A stretch of DNA of 41,117 nt, taken from the NCBI GenBank assembly GCA_950072105.1, contig CATMOE010000032.1, forward strand, positions 1 through 41,117, given 5' to 3'. This document shows, in pieces, positions 19,858-28,963 of the stretch (positions are counted from its first letter, which is position 1; each line of letters starts with the position of its first letter). Made by a program: the position numbers and the translations under genes. The notes below the pieces were generated by a model. The model saw only the letters and a program-made list of their open reading frames with translations. It was not told the origin of the DNA and did not search any database. Origin of the DNA: an uncultured Dehalococcoidia bacterium (GTDB lineage Bacteria > Chloroflexota > Dehalococcoidia > Lucifugimonadales > UBA3495).

Positions 19858-21111
19858 CTACCGAGAGCGTTTCTTCGGGAACAGGTCGGGGAACTCGAAT
19901 CCGGGAGTCGAGGGCACAAGCGGGTTCTTCGGCTGGGTGAATTCCTCGGGTCTGGGTTGTGGGAAGTTTCTAGACCGCGGCTGTAATTCCCGGTCCGCGG
20001 GCCACTCTCCCAGGTTCAACGCCACTTCAAGGTTTTCTCCATCCCGCACCAAGCTCAAGGTGACTTCGTCGCCGGGCAGGTGCAGATTCAGCAGGGCGAT
20101 CAGGCTGGCAACGGATCTTACCTTGGTACCATCCACTGCCACGATGACGTCCCCGCCTTTGGGCGGACGGCCGCGGTCCGACAGACCCGCCGCTACCAGG
20201 CCCACTTTGTTCGCCGGGCTGCCGCTCATGACCTGGGTGACGTAGACCCCGTGGTCCACCGTCAGGTCTAGGGCCTCAACCAGCAACGGTTCCAGGGAGG
20301 CGGCGGTGATACCCAGCCAGGGAGGGCGGATCACCTGATTTTCTTTCAGGCGGGGCAAAAGATTCACCAGGGTATTGACGGGGACGGCAAATCCGATGCT
20401 GCCCCGGCCCAGGTTTCTGGGATTGAAGTCGCTAAGGGAAACCTGGATCGCGGTATTGATTCCCACCACTTTGCCCTGGCGGTCCAGCAGGGGTCCGCCC
20501 GAGTTCCCCGGATTGATCAACGCGTCGGTCTGTAACACCCCGGATATCGGGCGGGAGAGATCGCTGTTGAGGGTGCGGTCGACGCCGCTGATCACGCCCA
20601 CCGTTATCGAGCCGCCCAGACCAAATGGGCTACCGATGGCGATGGCCAGTTGGCCGGGTTTTGCGTCTCCGGAATCGCCCAGCGTCAACGGCTTTATGTT
20701 CTTGACTGCGTCCGCACTCACCTTGAGCAAGGCTAGGTCGTTGGCTGGGTTGGTGCCCAACGTTTCTGCCTCGGCGCTGGTGCCGTCCTTGAAGGAGATC
20801 CTTATCCGATCGGCGCCTTGAATCACATGGTTGTTGGTTACGATGTGACCTTCCGAGTCAACCAAGAATCCAGACCCGAAGCCCAGCCGGTTGAATGAGT
20901 CTTCCAATCTGCGGTCGACGTTGATATCCACCACCGCCGGGCTGGCCTGTTCGTAGATTCCCTGCACCAATTGCTCGTCGAATAAGGCGGCGGAAGCGGA
21001 AGGCGTGACGCTGTTAAACCCCGGCCCCTGCCAGGCGAATATGACCACCAGAATCACTGCTGCCGACAGTGAGGTGATCGCCAAGGCGAAAGCTTTTGAC
21101 ACGCCGTACAT
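19858..21111 (-). CDS. HtrA/DegP-like trypsin serine protease with PDZ domain
   Basis: N-terminal TM, GSGF, TNNHV, DLALLKV, QTDALINPGNSGGPL, PDZ GDVIVAVDG. Confidence 0.92.
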   Translation of the reverse strand: MYGVSKAFALAITSLSAAVILVVIFAWQGPGFNSVTPSASAALFDEQLVQGIYEQASPAVVDINVDRRLEDSFNRLGFGSGFLVDSEGHIVTNNHVIQGADRIRISFKDGTSAEAETLGTNPANDLALLKVSADAVKNIKPLTLGDSGDAKPGQLAIAIGSPFGLGGSITVGVISGVDRTLNSDLSRPISGVLQTDALINPGNSGGPLLDRQGKVVGINTAIQVSLSDFNPRNLGRGSIGFAVPVNTLVNLLPRLKENQVIRPPWLGITAASLEPLLVEALDLTVDHGVYVTQVMSGSPANKVGLVAAGLSDRGRPPKGGDVIVAVDGTKVRSVASLIALLNLHLPGDEVTLSLVRDGENLEVALNLGEWPADRELQPRSRNFPQPRPEEFTQPKNPLVPSTPGFEFPDLFPKKRSR

Positions 21112-21276
21112 AATATGTCTTCCTCGGTGGGCGGTTATTCCCAGGGTATGACCCAACGTACGTTATATTTAGCCGCTTGTAAAGGCTCTGTCGATCGCCG
21201 CGTCGCAAGCATAAAAGAACAAGCTTTTGAAAAGCGGACACGTCTATGTTGCTAGGTAAATACGAACGATCGGCCG

Positions 21277-21723
21277 ATGCGGTTCTCCCGGCTGCGATTC
21301 CCCGCAATCATTATTACATTAGACGCTGAAGATGCGCCTTGCGATGCACTCCATCTTGCCACGGTGGACAAACTGATCATCGATGTTGCAAAGCGGCTGG
21401 CCAAAACTGTGGTTGACTCGGCCATTGCATACCCTCTGATGGCGATGTTTGCTCGCCGGGTGCTTGCCATGTTATCGGTGATCGAAGGAGATTCGACCAG
21501 CGCGGAGGAACAATGCGGATATTTTGAACTCTGGCGTGGCAGTTTGATAATAGGTGCTGATGTGAGTTTTGTTGATAACTTTCTGGGTCTCCTCTCGCGG
21601 ACCAGGGGTAAGTTAGACGATGCTCAGACCCACTTCGAAGACGCCCTGGCCATCTCCAGCGAACTGGGCATGCGGCCCTTGATGGAGCGGGTACTGTCGC
21701 GGCGGGAGATTCTGAAAGCGTGA
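21277..21723 (+). pseudogene. C-terminal remnant of an AAA/TPR regulator family gene
   Basis: LGLLSRT..AQTHFEDAL-AISSELGMRPLMERVLSRREILKA matches the 13770-14020 region. No ATPase domain; internal 43-aa deletion. Confidence 0.65.
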
Positions 21724-21827
21724 GTTTAGCTCCTCCCGGAAATACTTCTTCTATCCATGAGGGAGGAGAATTCCGGCTGAAGCGTTTGGTTTATCTATCC
21801 CTGGGTCGAGTCGGCCGAAAAGGGACT

Positions 21828-23234
21828 TTAACTCCCAGGTGCGCCGCCGCGGGTGGGCCGGCGGGTGCGGCGCTGGTCCCGGTAGTTGGGGGCGGTGATC
21901 GGCTGCCAGTTCACCGTCACGTCCATCAGCCGGGAGCCTATCTTTGGCTTGGCCTCTTCCAGTTCGTCGATGCTGAAGGCGCTGGTAATCACGGTGGGCA
22001 AGCGGGCCTCTTGCCGGTGGACCACGATCTGGTACAGTTTCTCTTCGGCCCAGGCGGTGCTGGTCTCGGCTCCCAGGTCGTCCAAGATCAACAGTGGTAC
22101 CGTCTTGAGTTGCTCGAATAGCTCGTCGTAGCGGATCGGGCTGTCTGGGCTGAATGTAGCCCTCAGGTGGTCCAAGAGGGTAGGAACAAAGGCGAAGAAA
22201 ATCGGGCGGTCACGGCGCAGGCACTCCGCGGCGATGGCCACTGCCAAGTGGGTCTTTCCCGAACCTCTGGGTCCAGTAAACAGCAGCCAGCCCTCCGGGT
22301 CGGAGGCAAAGTTTTCGGCGGCGGACTTGGCATGCTCCAAAGATACCCTGTCGGTGCGTCCGGCGGTGCTGCCGCCACCCGTATCATAAGAGGCGAAAGT
22401 CATCCTCCGCTGCATCTCAGTGGGCAGGTCTCCGATACTCCGGGCCAAGCGGGTGTTGTATTGGCCTAACTGATAGACATGGGAAAAGTCCTGAACCGAC
22501 TCGATGCGGGTCCGCAGGGACTCGTCCAGTTGTTGCAGGGGCCCTCGCACGGTGATGACGGTGGAGAGTTCAAGATTGAACCGGTGATTCATCACCTGGA
22601 ACAGCTTCTCTTGCGCCCAGGGAGTAGTGCTGTGGCTGCCCAGGTCGTCCAGGATGAGGACCGGGACGTTGCGTACTTGATCGAATAACTCGTCGTAAGA
22701 CACGGGGTTGTCCGGTGAATACGCCCCCCGTAGATGGTCCAGTAAGTCGGCAACCACGATGAAGAACGTAGTCTGGCCTAGCTCGATGCACCGGTTGGCC
22801 ACGGCCACCGCCAGATGGGTTTTTCCGCTGCCGCTGGGACCGGTTAGCACCAGCCAGCCGGTCGGACGGTCGGCGAATTTGACGCAAGCTTCCAAGGCCA
22901 GTTTGAACAGATGGCTGCTGGCGGCGTCGGGCAGAGGACCGTCTTGGCGGGTGGAGGCGAAGGAGACGCGGCTAAGCGGACCAAGGTTGCTGTAGCGGCG
23001 CAGGGCGTCGATCCGGGCCGCGGGGTCCTTTGTTCCCTGGCAATCGCAGGGAAATGTCTGGGCGAAGTCAGGGTGGCCTACTGGAACGCGTTTGCTAACC
23101 CAGCCGGTGCCGTTGCAGATGGAGCATACGGGGCCTTCGTGCGGGCTATCGGGATACGCGGCCCCAGCGCCGTTCGTAGTCCTCGAGGTACTTTTGGCGG
23201 TTATCCTTCTGAGGATGTCTCCCAGACTTTCCAT
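21828..23234 (-). CDS. DnaC/IstB-like helicase loader with two tandem AAA domains
   Basis: CSIC..CDC zinc motif, two Walker A motifs (GPSGSGKT, GPRGSGKT), two LILDDLG. Start taken at MESLGDIL. Confidence 0.88.
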   Translation of the reverse strand: MESLGDILRRITAKSTSRTTNGAGAAYPDSPHEGPVCSICNGTGWVSKRVPVGHPDFAQTFPCDCQGTKDPAARIDALRRYSNLGPLSRVSFASTRQDGPLPDAASSHLFKLALEACVKFADRPTGWLVLTGPSGSGKTHLAVAVANRCIELGQTTFFIVVADLLDHLRGAYSPDNPVSYDELFDQVRNVPVLILDDLGSHSTTPWAQEKLFQVMNHRFNLELSTVITVRGPLQQLDESLRTRIESVQDFSHVYQLGQYNTRLARSIGDLPTEMQRRMTFASYDTGGGSTAGRTDRVSLEHAKSAAENFASDPEGWLLFTGPRGSGKTHLAVAIAAECLRRDRPIFFAFVPTLLDHLRATFSPDSPIRYDELFEQLKTVPLLILDDLGAETSTAWAEEKLYQIVVHRQEARLPTVITSAFSIDELEEAKPKIGSRLMDVTVNWQPITAPNYRDQRRTRRPTRGGAPGS

Positions 23235-23904
23235 CGTACTTTCCTTCGTACTTCCCTTGGTCTTTCCCTTCGGAGGCCCAGCGCCGGAGTATCCCGGCGA
23301 TGTAGCGCCAACTGCGCTTGTTCTCGGTGACGGCGATATGGAAGGCGCTTTCCAACCAGCCACCGGGGTATAGCTCTTCCGCCTCTTTCAACTCTTCGGC
23401 CAATATGGGGGAGAGCATGCCTATGTTCTCCTCGTAGAGAACGAATATATTGGGCCGGTCATCGGGCGCCGGTGTCACCGTCCCGGATAACGGTAGGCTT
23501 TTTTCCGGAATCGGGACGCCTTCCGCCATCATGCGTTTCAACGCGTCACGGTTTTGGTCCGTGTTCAGCAGGTAAAACTCGTTGTCCGATTCTCCTTCTT
23601 CGGCTGGATCACGCCGATGGCATAGAAAGATTCCCCGGTCGGCCGCGAGACGCAGGCCCCGGCGTATCTCCGCTGGGGCGTCGCCGGTGGGTTCGGCCAA
23701 GCCCCGCAACAACGTCCGGTCGTTGAGAAATTCCTGGGTGGTGACCATTCGTGGCCGGGTCCGCTGGCGGTGCAGCAGCCACAGCCCCCGCAGCGCCACC
23801 TTGAGTTCGGCCATGTCCTGAATCTGCTCCAATAACGGTCCGAAGAAGGGATTGGGCGCCGGCGTATAGAGCGTGCCGGAGTTGAACCCTGGAAAGGGTT
23901 CCAT
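23146..23904 (-). CDS. DnaD-domain replication protein
   Basis: NIFVLYEENIGMLSP, WRYIAGILRRW (YxxxILxxW DnaD motif); operon position. Confidence 0.85.
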   Translation of the reverse strand: MEPFPGFNSGTLYTPAPNPFFGPLLEQIQDMAELKVALRGLWLLHRQRTRPRMVTTQEFLNDRTLLRGLAEPTGDAPAEIRRGLRLAADRGIFLCHRRDPAEEGESDNEFYLLNTDQNRDALKRMMAEGVPIPEKSLPLSGTVTPAPDDRPNIFVLYEENIGMLSPILAEELKEAEELYPGGWLESAFHIAVTENKRSWRYIAGILRRWASEGKDQGKYEGKYDGKSGRHPQKDNRQKYLEDYERRWGRVSR

Positions 23905-24836
23905 CAGGCAGGTTCCGAATTCGGCATTGAGTAGAAACGCAGCAGGTTGTCTCGGAAAGCGAGGGTTACTTCGCCGGTAGGTCCGTTACGGTGCTTGGCA
24001 ACGATAATCTCGGCGATGTTTTTGGGATATGGGCATCCCGGAGAGTGCTGGTCCCACTCCTCCTCGGTGTAATACATGTCCTCCCGGTGTATGAACATGA
24101 CCACGTCGGCGACCTGCTCGATGCTGCCGCTGTCCCGTAGGTCGGAAAGCATGGGACGGTGGCTGGGCCGGTTGGTCACCCCACGACCGAGTTGGGAACA
24201 AATGAGCAGGCAGATGTTAAGTTCGCGGGCCATACGCTTGAGTTCCCGTGAAATTTCGCTTAACTCTTGGACCCGATTGCCTCCGTAGTTTCCGGTGCCC
24301 TCGATTAGTTGAAGGTAGTCGACGACTAGGAGGTCTAGGCCGCACTCCAGGGATAGACGGCGTGCTCTACTGCGCATCTCCACCATGCCTTGGAAGGGGG
24401 TGTCATCGATGTACATGGGAAGCTCGGATTGGTGTCCAATGGAGTCAGATATCCGTTGAACGTCAGCTTCGGTAACCAGACCGAGACTAAGACGGTGGGA
24501 GTCAATCTCCGTGTTGGCTGCCAGCATTCGTAAAGCAAGCTGATTCCCGCCCATTTCCAGGCTGAATACGCCGACTTTGGTGCCGCCTTGACCAACGTTC
24601 AACGCTATATTTAGCGCAAGGCTTGATTTCCCCATGGAGGGTCGAGCACCCAGTACTATCAGATCGTCGCGCTGCATTCCGCCCAGTAACTCATCCAGGT
24701 CTTTATACCCGGTGAGCATCGGCGCTCTCGGCTGCACCTGAGACGCGGCAGCTGCGGCCCGTTTCTCTTGGTAGTCGCTGAGAATTTGTCCTAAGTGGAT
24801 GAAGTCGCTTCCGGTTTTGTCTGAATCGTCAATCAC
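23904..24836 (-). CDS. DnaB helicase paralog, C-terminal ATPase domain only
   Basis: GARPSMGKS, FSLEM, VDYLQL, SDLRDSGSIEQ, AKHRNGP; lacks the N-terminal domain; GAGGA RBS before GTG. Confidence 0.88.
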   Translation of the reverse strand: MIDDSDKTGSDFIHLGQILSDYQEKRAAAAASQVQPRAPMLTGYKDLDELLGGMQRDDLIVLGARPSMGKSSLALNIALNVGQGGTKVGVFSLEMGGNQLALRMLAANTEIDSHRLSLGLVTEADVQRISDSIGHQSELPMYIDDTPFQGMVEMRSRARRLSLECGLDLLVVDYLQLIEGTGNYGGNRVQELSEISRELKRMARELNICLLICSQLGRGVTNRPSHRPMLSDLRDSGSIEQVADVVMFIHREDMYYTEEEWDQHSPGCPYPKNIAEIIVAKHRNGPTGEVTLAFRDNLLRFYSMPNSEPA

Positions 24837-24867
24837 TACACTTTCCTCAGCACACCTAAGTTCATAG

Positions 24868-26232
24868 TTAGAAAGCTTCCACCCTCTGTATCGATTCGAA
24901 ACGCAGCAGGTTGTCTCTGAAGTATAAGTTTATGTCGTCGGTGGGACCGTTCCGGTGCTTGGCCACAATTATTTCAGCGATGTTTTTGGGGTATGGGCGC
25001 CCCGGAGAGTGTTGTTCCCATTCCTCTTCGGTGTAGTACATGTCCTCACGGTGTATGAACATGACTACGTCGGCGTCCTGCTCGATACTCCCGCTGTCTC
25101 GAAGGTCGGAAAGCATTGGCCGATGGCTCGTCCGGTTGGTCACACCACGACTGAGTTGGGAGCAGGTGAGCACGCAGATGTTCAGGTCCCGGGCCATACC
25201 CTTCAATGACCGGGAGATCTCGCTTACCTCCTGGACACGGTTGTCTCCGCCCTTACCACGCCCCTCGATCAATTGTAGATAATCGACGATGAGGAGATCC
25301 AGACCGTGTTCCAGGGAGAGACGGCGGGCTTTGCTCCGCATCTCCACCATTCCTTGAAATGGGGTGTCATCGATGTACATGGGGAGCTCGGACAGGCGGC
25401 CTATCGAGTCGGTGATCCGCTGTTCGTCAGCTTCGGTAACCAGGCCGAGACGGAGACGGTGGGAGTCGATCTGCGCATCGGCGGCCAGGATCCGCAGAGC
25501 AAGTTGTTCCCGGCTCATCTCCAAGCTAAACACGCCGACGGTGGCCCCGTCTTGGGCAGCGTTTATCGCCACGTTTATCGCCAGTGTGCTCTTGCCCATG
25601 GCAGGGCGCGCCCCCAGGACGATCATGTCGGAACGCTGCATCCCGCCCAGAAGCTCATCCAGGTCGTTGTACCCGGTGAGCATCGGCGTGTCGGATGCCA
25701 GAAGCGGATCGGCAACGGCGGCCCGCTCTTCCAGGTATTGGTCGTATATCTGGCGAAGGGGCAGGAAGCCGCGCTGGGGTTGACCGGTGCGGACACCAAA
25801 CAGGATGTCCTCGGCTTGCCGTAGCGTGGCGTCCACGTCGTCGGTGTCGTCATAGCCGATGACGGAGATGCGAGAAGCCGCATCGATGAGCGTCCGCATG
25901 GTTGAGGTGCGGGCGACCAGTTGGGCGTAGTGTTCCGAATGGGCCGAAGTTGGGGTAACGGAAACCAGATGACTGAGGTAGGCCATACCCCCGGCCGATT
26001 CCAACTGATTGGTGCGGGAGAGTTCCCGCGCCAATGTCACCTGGTCGATGGCCTCATTGCGCTCGAACAGAGAGCGGCAGGCGGCATAGCAGAGCTGGTT
26101 TCTTTCCCGGTAGAAGTCTTCCGGTTTGATCAATGAGGAGATGCGGACGAAACTGTCCCCATCGATCAACAACGACCCAACCACCGCTTCCTCCGCCTCC
26201 AAGTCGTGGGGAAGGAGTTTCTCCGCATACAT
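24868..26232 (-). CDS. dnaB: replicative DNA helicase DnaB
   Basis: PHDLEAEEAVVGSLL N-terminal domain, GARPAMGKS, SQLSR, DLRDSGSIEQDAD, KHRNGP. Confidence 0.97.
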   Translation of the reverse strand: MYAEKLLPHDLEAEEAVVGSLLIDGDSFVRISSLIKPEDFYRERNQLCYAACRSLFERNEAIDQVTLARELSRTNQLESAGGMAYLSHLVSVTPTSAHSEHYAQLVARTSTMRTLIDAASRISVIGYDDTDDVDATLRQAEDILFGVRTGQPQRGFLPLRQIYDQYLEERAAVADPLLASDTPMLTGYNDLDELLGGMQRSDMIVLGARPAMGKSTLAINVAINAAQDGATVGVFSLEMSREQLALRILAADAQIDSHRLRLGLVTEADEQRITDSIGRLSELPMYIDDTPFQGMVEMRSKARRLSLEHGLDLLIVDYLQLIEGRGKGGDNRVQEVSEISRSLKGMARDLNICVLTCSQLSRGVTNRTSHRPMLSDLRDSGSIEQDADVVMFIHREDMYYTEEEWEQHSPGRPYPKNIAEIIVAKHRNGPTDDINLYFRDNLLRFESIQRVEAF

Positions 26233-26250
26233 CAGTCTATTTTGAACTTC

Positions 26251-26709
26251 CTATTCTTCGATTTCCGCCGCTACATGAATCGTGGCCTGGATCTCGCCGG
26301 AGAACCGTAATACCACGTCGTACTCGCCGGGCTCGCGGATGGTCTCGGCCGAGTCCAGAAGTCTTCGGTCGATATCTCTACCCACCGCCGAAGCTAATTC
26401 TGAAGCTATCCTGGTGCTGGTGATCGCGCCGTAATACCGGCCCGTAGGTGTTACCCGCGCGGTGATCGTGACGGTAGTATCGTCCAACGCGGAGGCCAAT
26501 TCCTGCATATCCTGAGTTTCTTGGATCCGGGTCATGTCTCCCGCGGCCTTGATCTTGTGAAGCCGTTTCAAAACCTCCGGAGTGGCTATTTGCGCCAGAC
26601 CCTGGGGGATCAAGTAATTTCGGGCGAATCCGTCGGCGACCCTTTTTATCTCCCCGGCTTGGGCCTGGTTGAGAACATCCTGAGTGAAAACGACTTCCAT
26701 GGTGGTCAC
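26251..26709 (-). CDS. rplI: 50S ribosomal protein L9
   Basis: MEVVF.QDV, VADGFARNYLIPQGLA, GRYYGAIT. Confidence 0.95.
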   Translation of the reverse strand: MTTMEVVFTQDVLNQAQAGEIKRVADGFARNYLIPQGLAQIATPEVLKRLHKIKAAGDMTRIQETQDMQELASALDDTTVTITARVTPTGRYYGAITSTRIASELASAVGRDIDRRLLDSAETIREPGEYDVVLRFSGEIQATIHVAAEIEE

Positions 26710-26787
26710 TTCCTTAACACATTGGCTGAATTATCTTCTATTATAGTCCAGCCAACCCCCCGGAATACACCTGCCCTTTTCAGGGGA

Positions 26788-26873
26788 AGAAAAAGTGCCG
26801 GAGGTATGTCACCACGGGTGACACTCACAAAAGCTACAACCCCGCCCGACACCCAGGAACCCATCCCTCCGGC
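26788..26873 (-). ncRNA. candidate structured small RNA or leader upstream of rplI
   Basis: 5' GCCGGAGG pairs with 3' CCTCCGGC, followed by ACTTTTTCTT; internal TGTCAC/GTGACA hairpin; TTGACA at 26910-26905. Confidence 0.35.
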
Positions 26874-27006
26874 TGGCACACGATAAATCACCCAGCCTTG
26901 CCTCTGTCAAGGGGAGAAACGATGAATTATTGAGCCCAGCCGTCGAGTTTTCAGTCGTGAAGTGGTCAAAGTCTGATCAGTCAAATTGCGGAACTAGTAG
27001 TTTGGT

Positions 27007-27035
27007 TTGACGGTTATCGTACCGGCTACTACAAT
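27007..27035 (+). promoter_or_regulatory. sigma70-type promoter upstream of tenA
   Basis: TTGACG-N17-TACAAT. Confidence 0.6.
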
Positions 27036-27202
27036 CTTCCCGCGATGGAGTCGAAATCCTCCCTGCCTCCCTTCACGGAAGAGGGGAACTAGGATTCGGG
27101 AAAAACGAGAGAAAGCGGGGGGAAGAGGAAACCCAATGGTGTTCTGATGAGTGAGGCGGCTCGAGAATACCAGATTCTCGGTAGCGATCGTGGAGTGATG
27201 TT

Positions 27203-27871
27203 ATGAGTTTTTCCGAAGACATTGAACGGACGGCGTTGCCGGTGCGGCAGGCCATTTTGGCGCATCCGTTTATCACCGGCGTGGGGGGCGGCACGCTGCC
27301 GGTGGACAGGTTCAAGTATTTCATAATGCAAGACTATGTTTACCTGATCGACTATAGCCGGGTGCTCGCTTTGGCTTCCGCCAGGGCGCCGGACCTGGAA
27401 TCAATGAGCTGGTTCGCCAGATTGCTGGACGAGATCCTCAATACAGAGATGGAGTTGCATCGAAGCTACTGCGGCGAATTTGGCATCACGAGGGCAGAGC
27501 TGGAGGCGACCAGTCCCGCACCCACCACACTCGGGTATACCAGCTATCTGTTGACGGTGGCCTACCAGGGGTCTTTCTCTGAACTGGTTGCGTCTTTGTT
27601 GCCCTGCCAGTGGGGCTACTGGGAGATGGGTGACCACCTTGCCCGCCAAGGTCGGCCTGAGGGCGCGCCGCTTTATTCACGATGGATCGATATGTACGCT
27701 TCCGAGGAGTACGCCCAGCTGGCCCAAACGACGCGGGATCTGGCCGACCGGCTGGGACAAGAAGCCGGCCCTGGCGAACTGGCTGCCATGGGTAAAGCTT
27801 ACCTAACCAGCCTTCGGTTTGAGCACCGGTTTTGGGAAATGGCCTACACGCTGGAGGATTGGGGAGCCTAG
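27203..27871 (+). CDS. tenA: thiaminase II
   Basis: HPFI, YFIMQDYVYL, LLPCQWGY (catalytic Cys), WIDMYAS, EHRFWEMAY. Confidence 0.92.
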   Translation: MSFSEDIERTALPVRQAILAHPFITGVGGGTLPVDRFKYFIMQDYVYLIDYSRVLALASARAPDLESMSWFARLLDEILNTEMELHRSYCGEFGITRAELEATSPAPTTLGYTSYLLTVAYQGSFSELVASLLPCQWGYWEMGDHLARQGRPEGAPLYSRWIDMYASEEYAQLAQTTRDLADRLGQEAGPGELAAMGKAYLTSLRFEHRFWEMAYTLEDWGA

Positions 27872-27887
27872 GGCACGTCGTCCCCAC

Positions 27888-27977
27888 CCTGTCATTCCGA
27901 CCGGAGGGAGGAATCTCGGGATGTGAGGAGCAGGCCCACTCCAGATTTCTCGTCGCTCCACTTCTCGAAATGACAGG
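27888..27977. repeat. TGTCATT...AATGACA palindromic element
   Basis: Terminal inverted repeat CCTGTCATT/AATGACAGG, internal GAATCT/AGATT; related degenerate copy at 39819-39955. Confidence 0.7.
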
Positions 27978-28067
27978 CTATGGCCTTTACCTGGATTGAC
28001 AGGCTGTAGCTTTTACTTGAAATGACAGGGTGACGCTTTAACCCTGTCAGCGCAAAGGTCCGGATCG

Positions 28068-28865
28068 CTATACTTTGACGGCCCGGAAAACCAAGCAAGG
28101 CCACGAGAAATCGATATCGCCGTTTGAAGGTTGGATCTGAAACGCTTCCCTAGCGCCGGCGGGCGCTTGGAGAAAGTCATTACGCAGGGCGGTGGCCTCG
28201 GGTTCTGGTACGACGGTGCGGGCAACCCACTCGTTAAATCTCAAGAAGATGCGAGCGTCTTCCTGCCGCTCCACTTTCAGGCCCCGGTCAGCCAGCATGG
28301 CGTTAATCTCGGATATCTTCCTGTTCCTGACGTGACTGAAGTCCCGCCGCAGCTCGATGTCGTTCATCCAACGGTCCACTTCGTCGTCTTCGGGGCAGAC
28401 GCTGTCCGCCATCACAAAGACGCCTCCCGTTTTTAAAACCCGGCGCACTTCGTCGAAGGCCCGGTTCAGGTCGCTGAAGTGGTGCCCGGCCACCCGGCTG
28501 GTCACCAGGTCCAGGCTGTCACCGGCAAACGGCAATGACTCGGCTACATTCCGGCTCAAGCCTAGATTCTCCAACCCGCGTTCCTGGCCCAAGCGCCTGG
28601 TTTGCTCCAACATGGGCCGAGTTGGGTCGGTGGCCACCACGCGGTCAGACAATTGAGTCATGGCGAAAGCGGTGAACCCGGCTCCCGTCCCCAAGTCCGC
28701 GGCCCAACCGTACGCTTTATCGTCGGACCGGGCGGCCAACTTTTGCAATACGTCCAAACTATCGTCGCGGACATGCACCTGACTAGTTGCGTAGACCCCA
28801 GCTTGGGGACCGAACATTCTTTGGGCGTTGCCAGACCCCGTTGTATTCCCATCGTTTTGGACCAT
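28068..28865 (-). CDS. class I SAM-dependent methyltransferase
   Basis: DLGTGAG, AESLPFAGDSLDLV, HHF, RVLKTGG. Confidence 0.9.
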   Translation of the reverse strand: MVQNDGNTTGSGNAQRMFGPQAGVYATSQVHVRDDSLDVLQKLAARSDDKAYGWAADLGTGAGFTAFAMTQLSDRVVATDPTRPMLEQTRRLGQERGLENLGLSRNVAESLPFAGDSLDLVTSRVAGHHFSDLNRAFDEVRRVLKTGGVFVMADSVCPEDDEVDRWMNDIELRRDFSHVRNRKISEINAMLADRGLKVERQEDARIFLRFNEWVARTVVPEPEATALRNDFLQAPAGAREAFQIQPSNGDIDFSWPCLVFRAVKV

Positions 28866-28963
28866 AAGAAAACCGGTGACCTCCGGAGATTATTCGATCA
28901 GGAATCGGTGGATTCGGGAGTCGTCATATTATCGGCGATGGTGGAGGGGGCCGCAAGGTGAAA

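Noticed and set aside
21828..23234. IS21 element (IstB-like ATPase) or prophage replication module
   Set aside because: No IstA, terminal repeats or phage genes; it lies in the rplI-dnaB housekeeping operon.
26797..26873. tRNA or tRNA-Sec (GCCGGAG/CTCCGGC acceptor-like stem)
   Set aside because: No T-psi-C loop or canonical anticodon arm.
27144..27170. Hammerhead ribozyme (CTGATGAG)
   Set aside because: The required GAAA core and flanking stems are missing.
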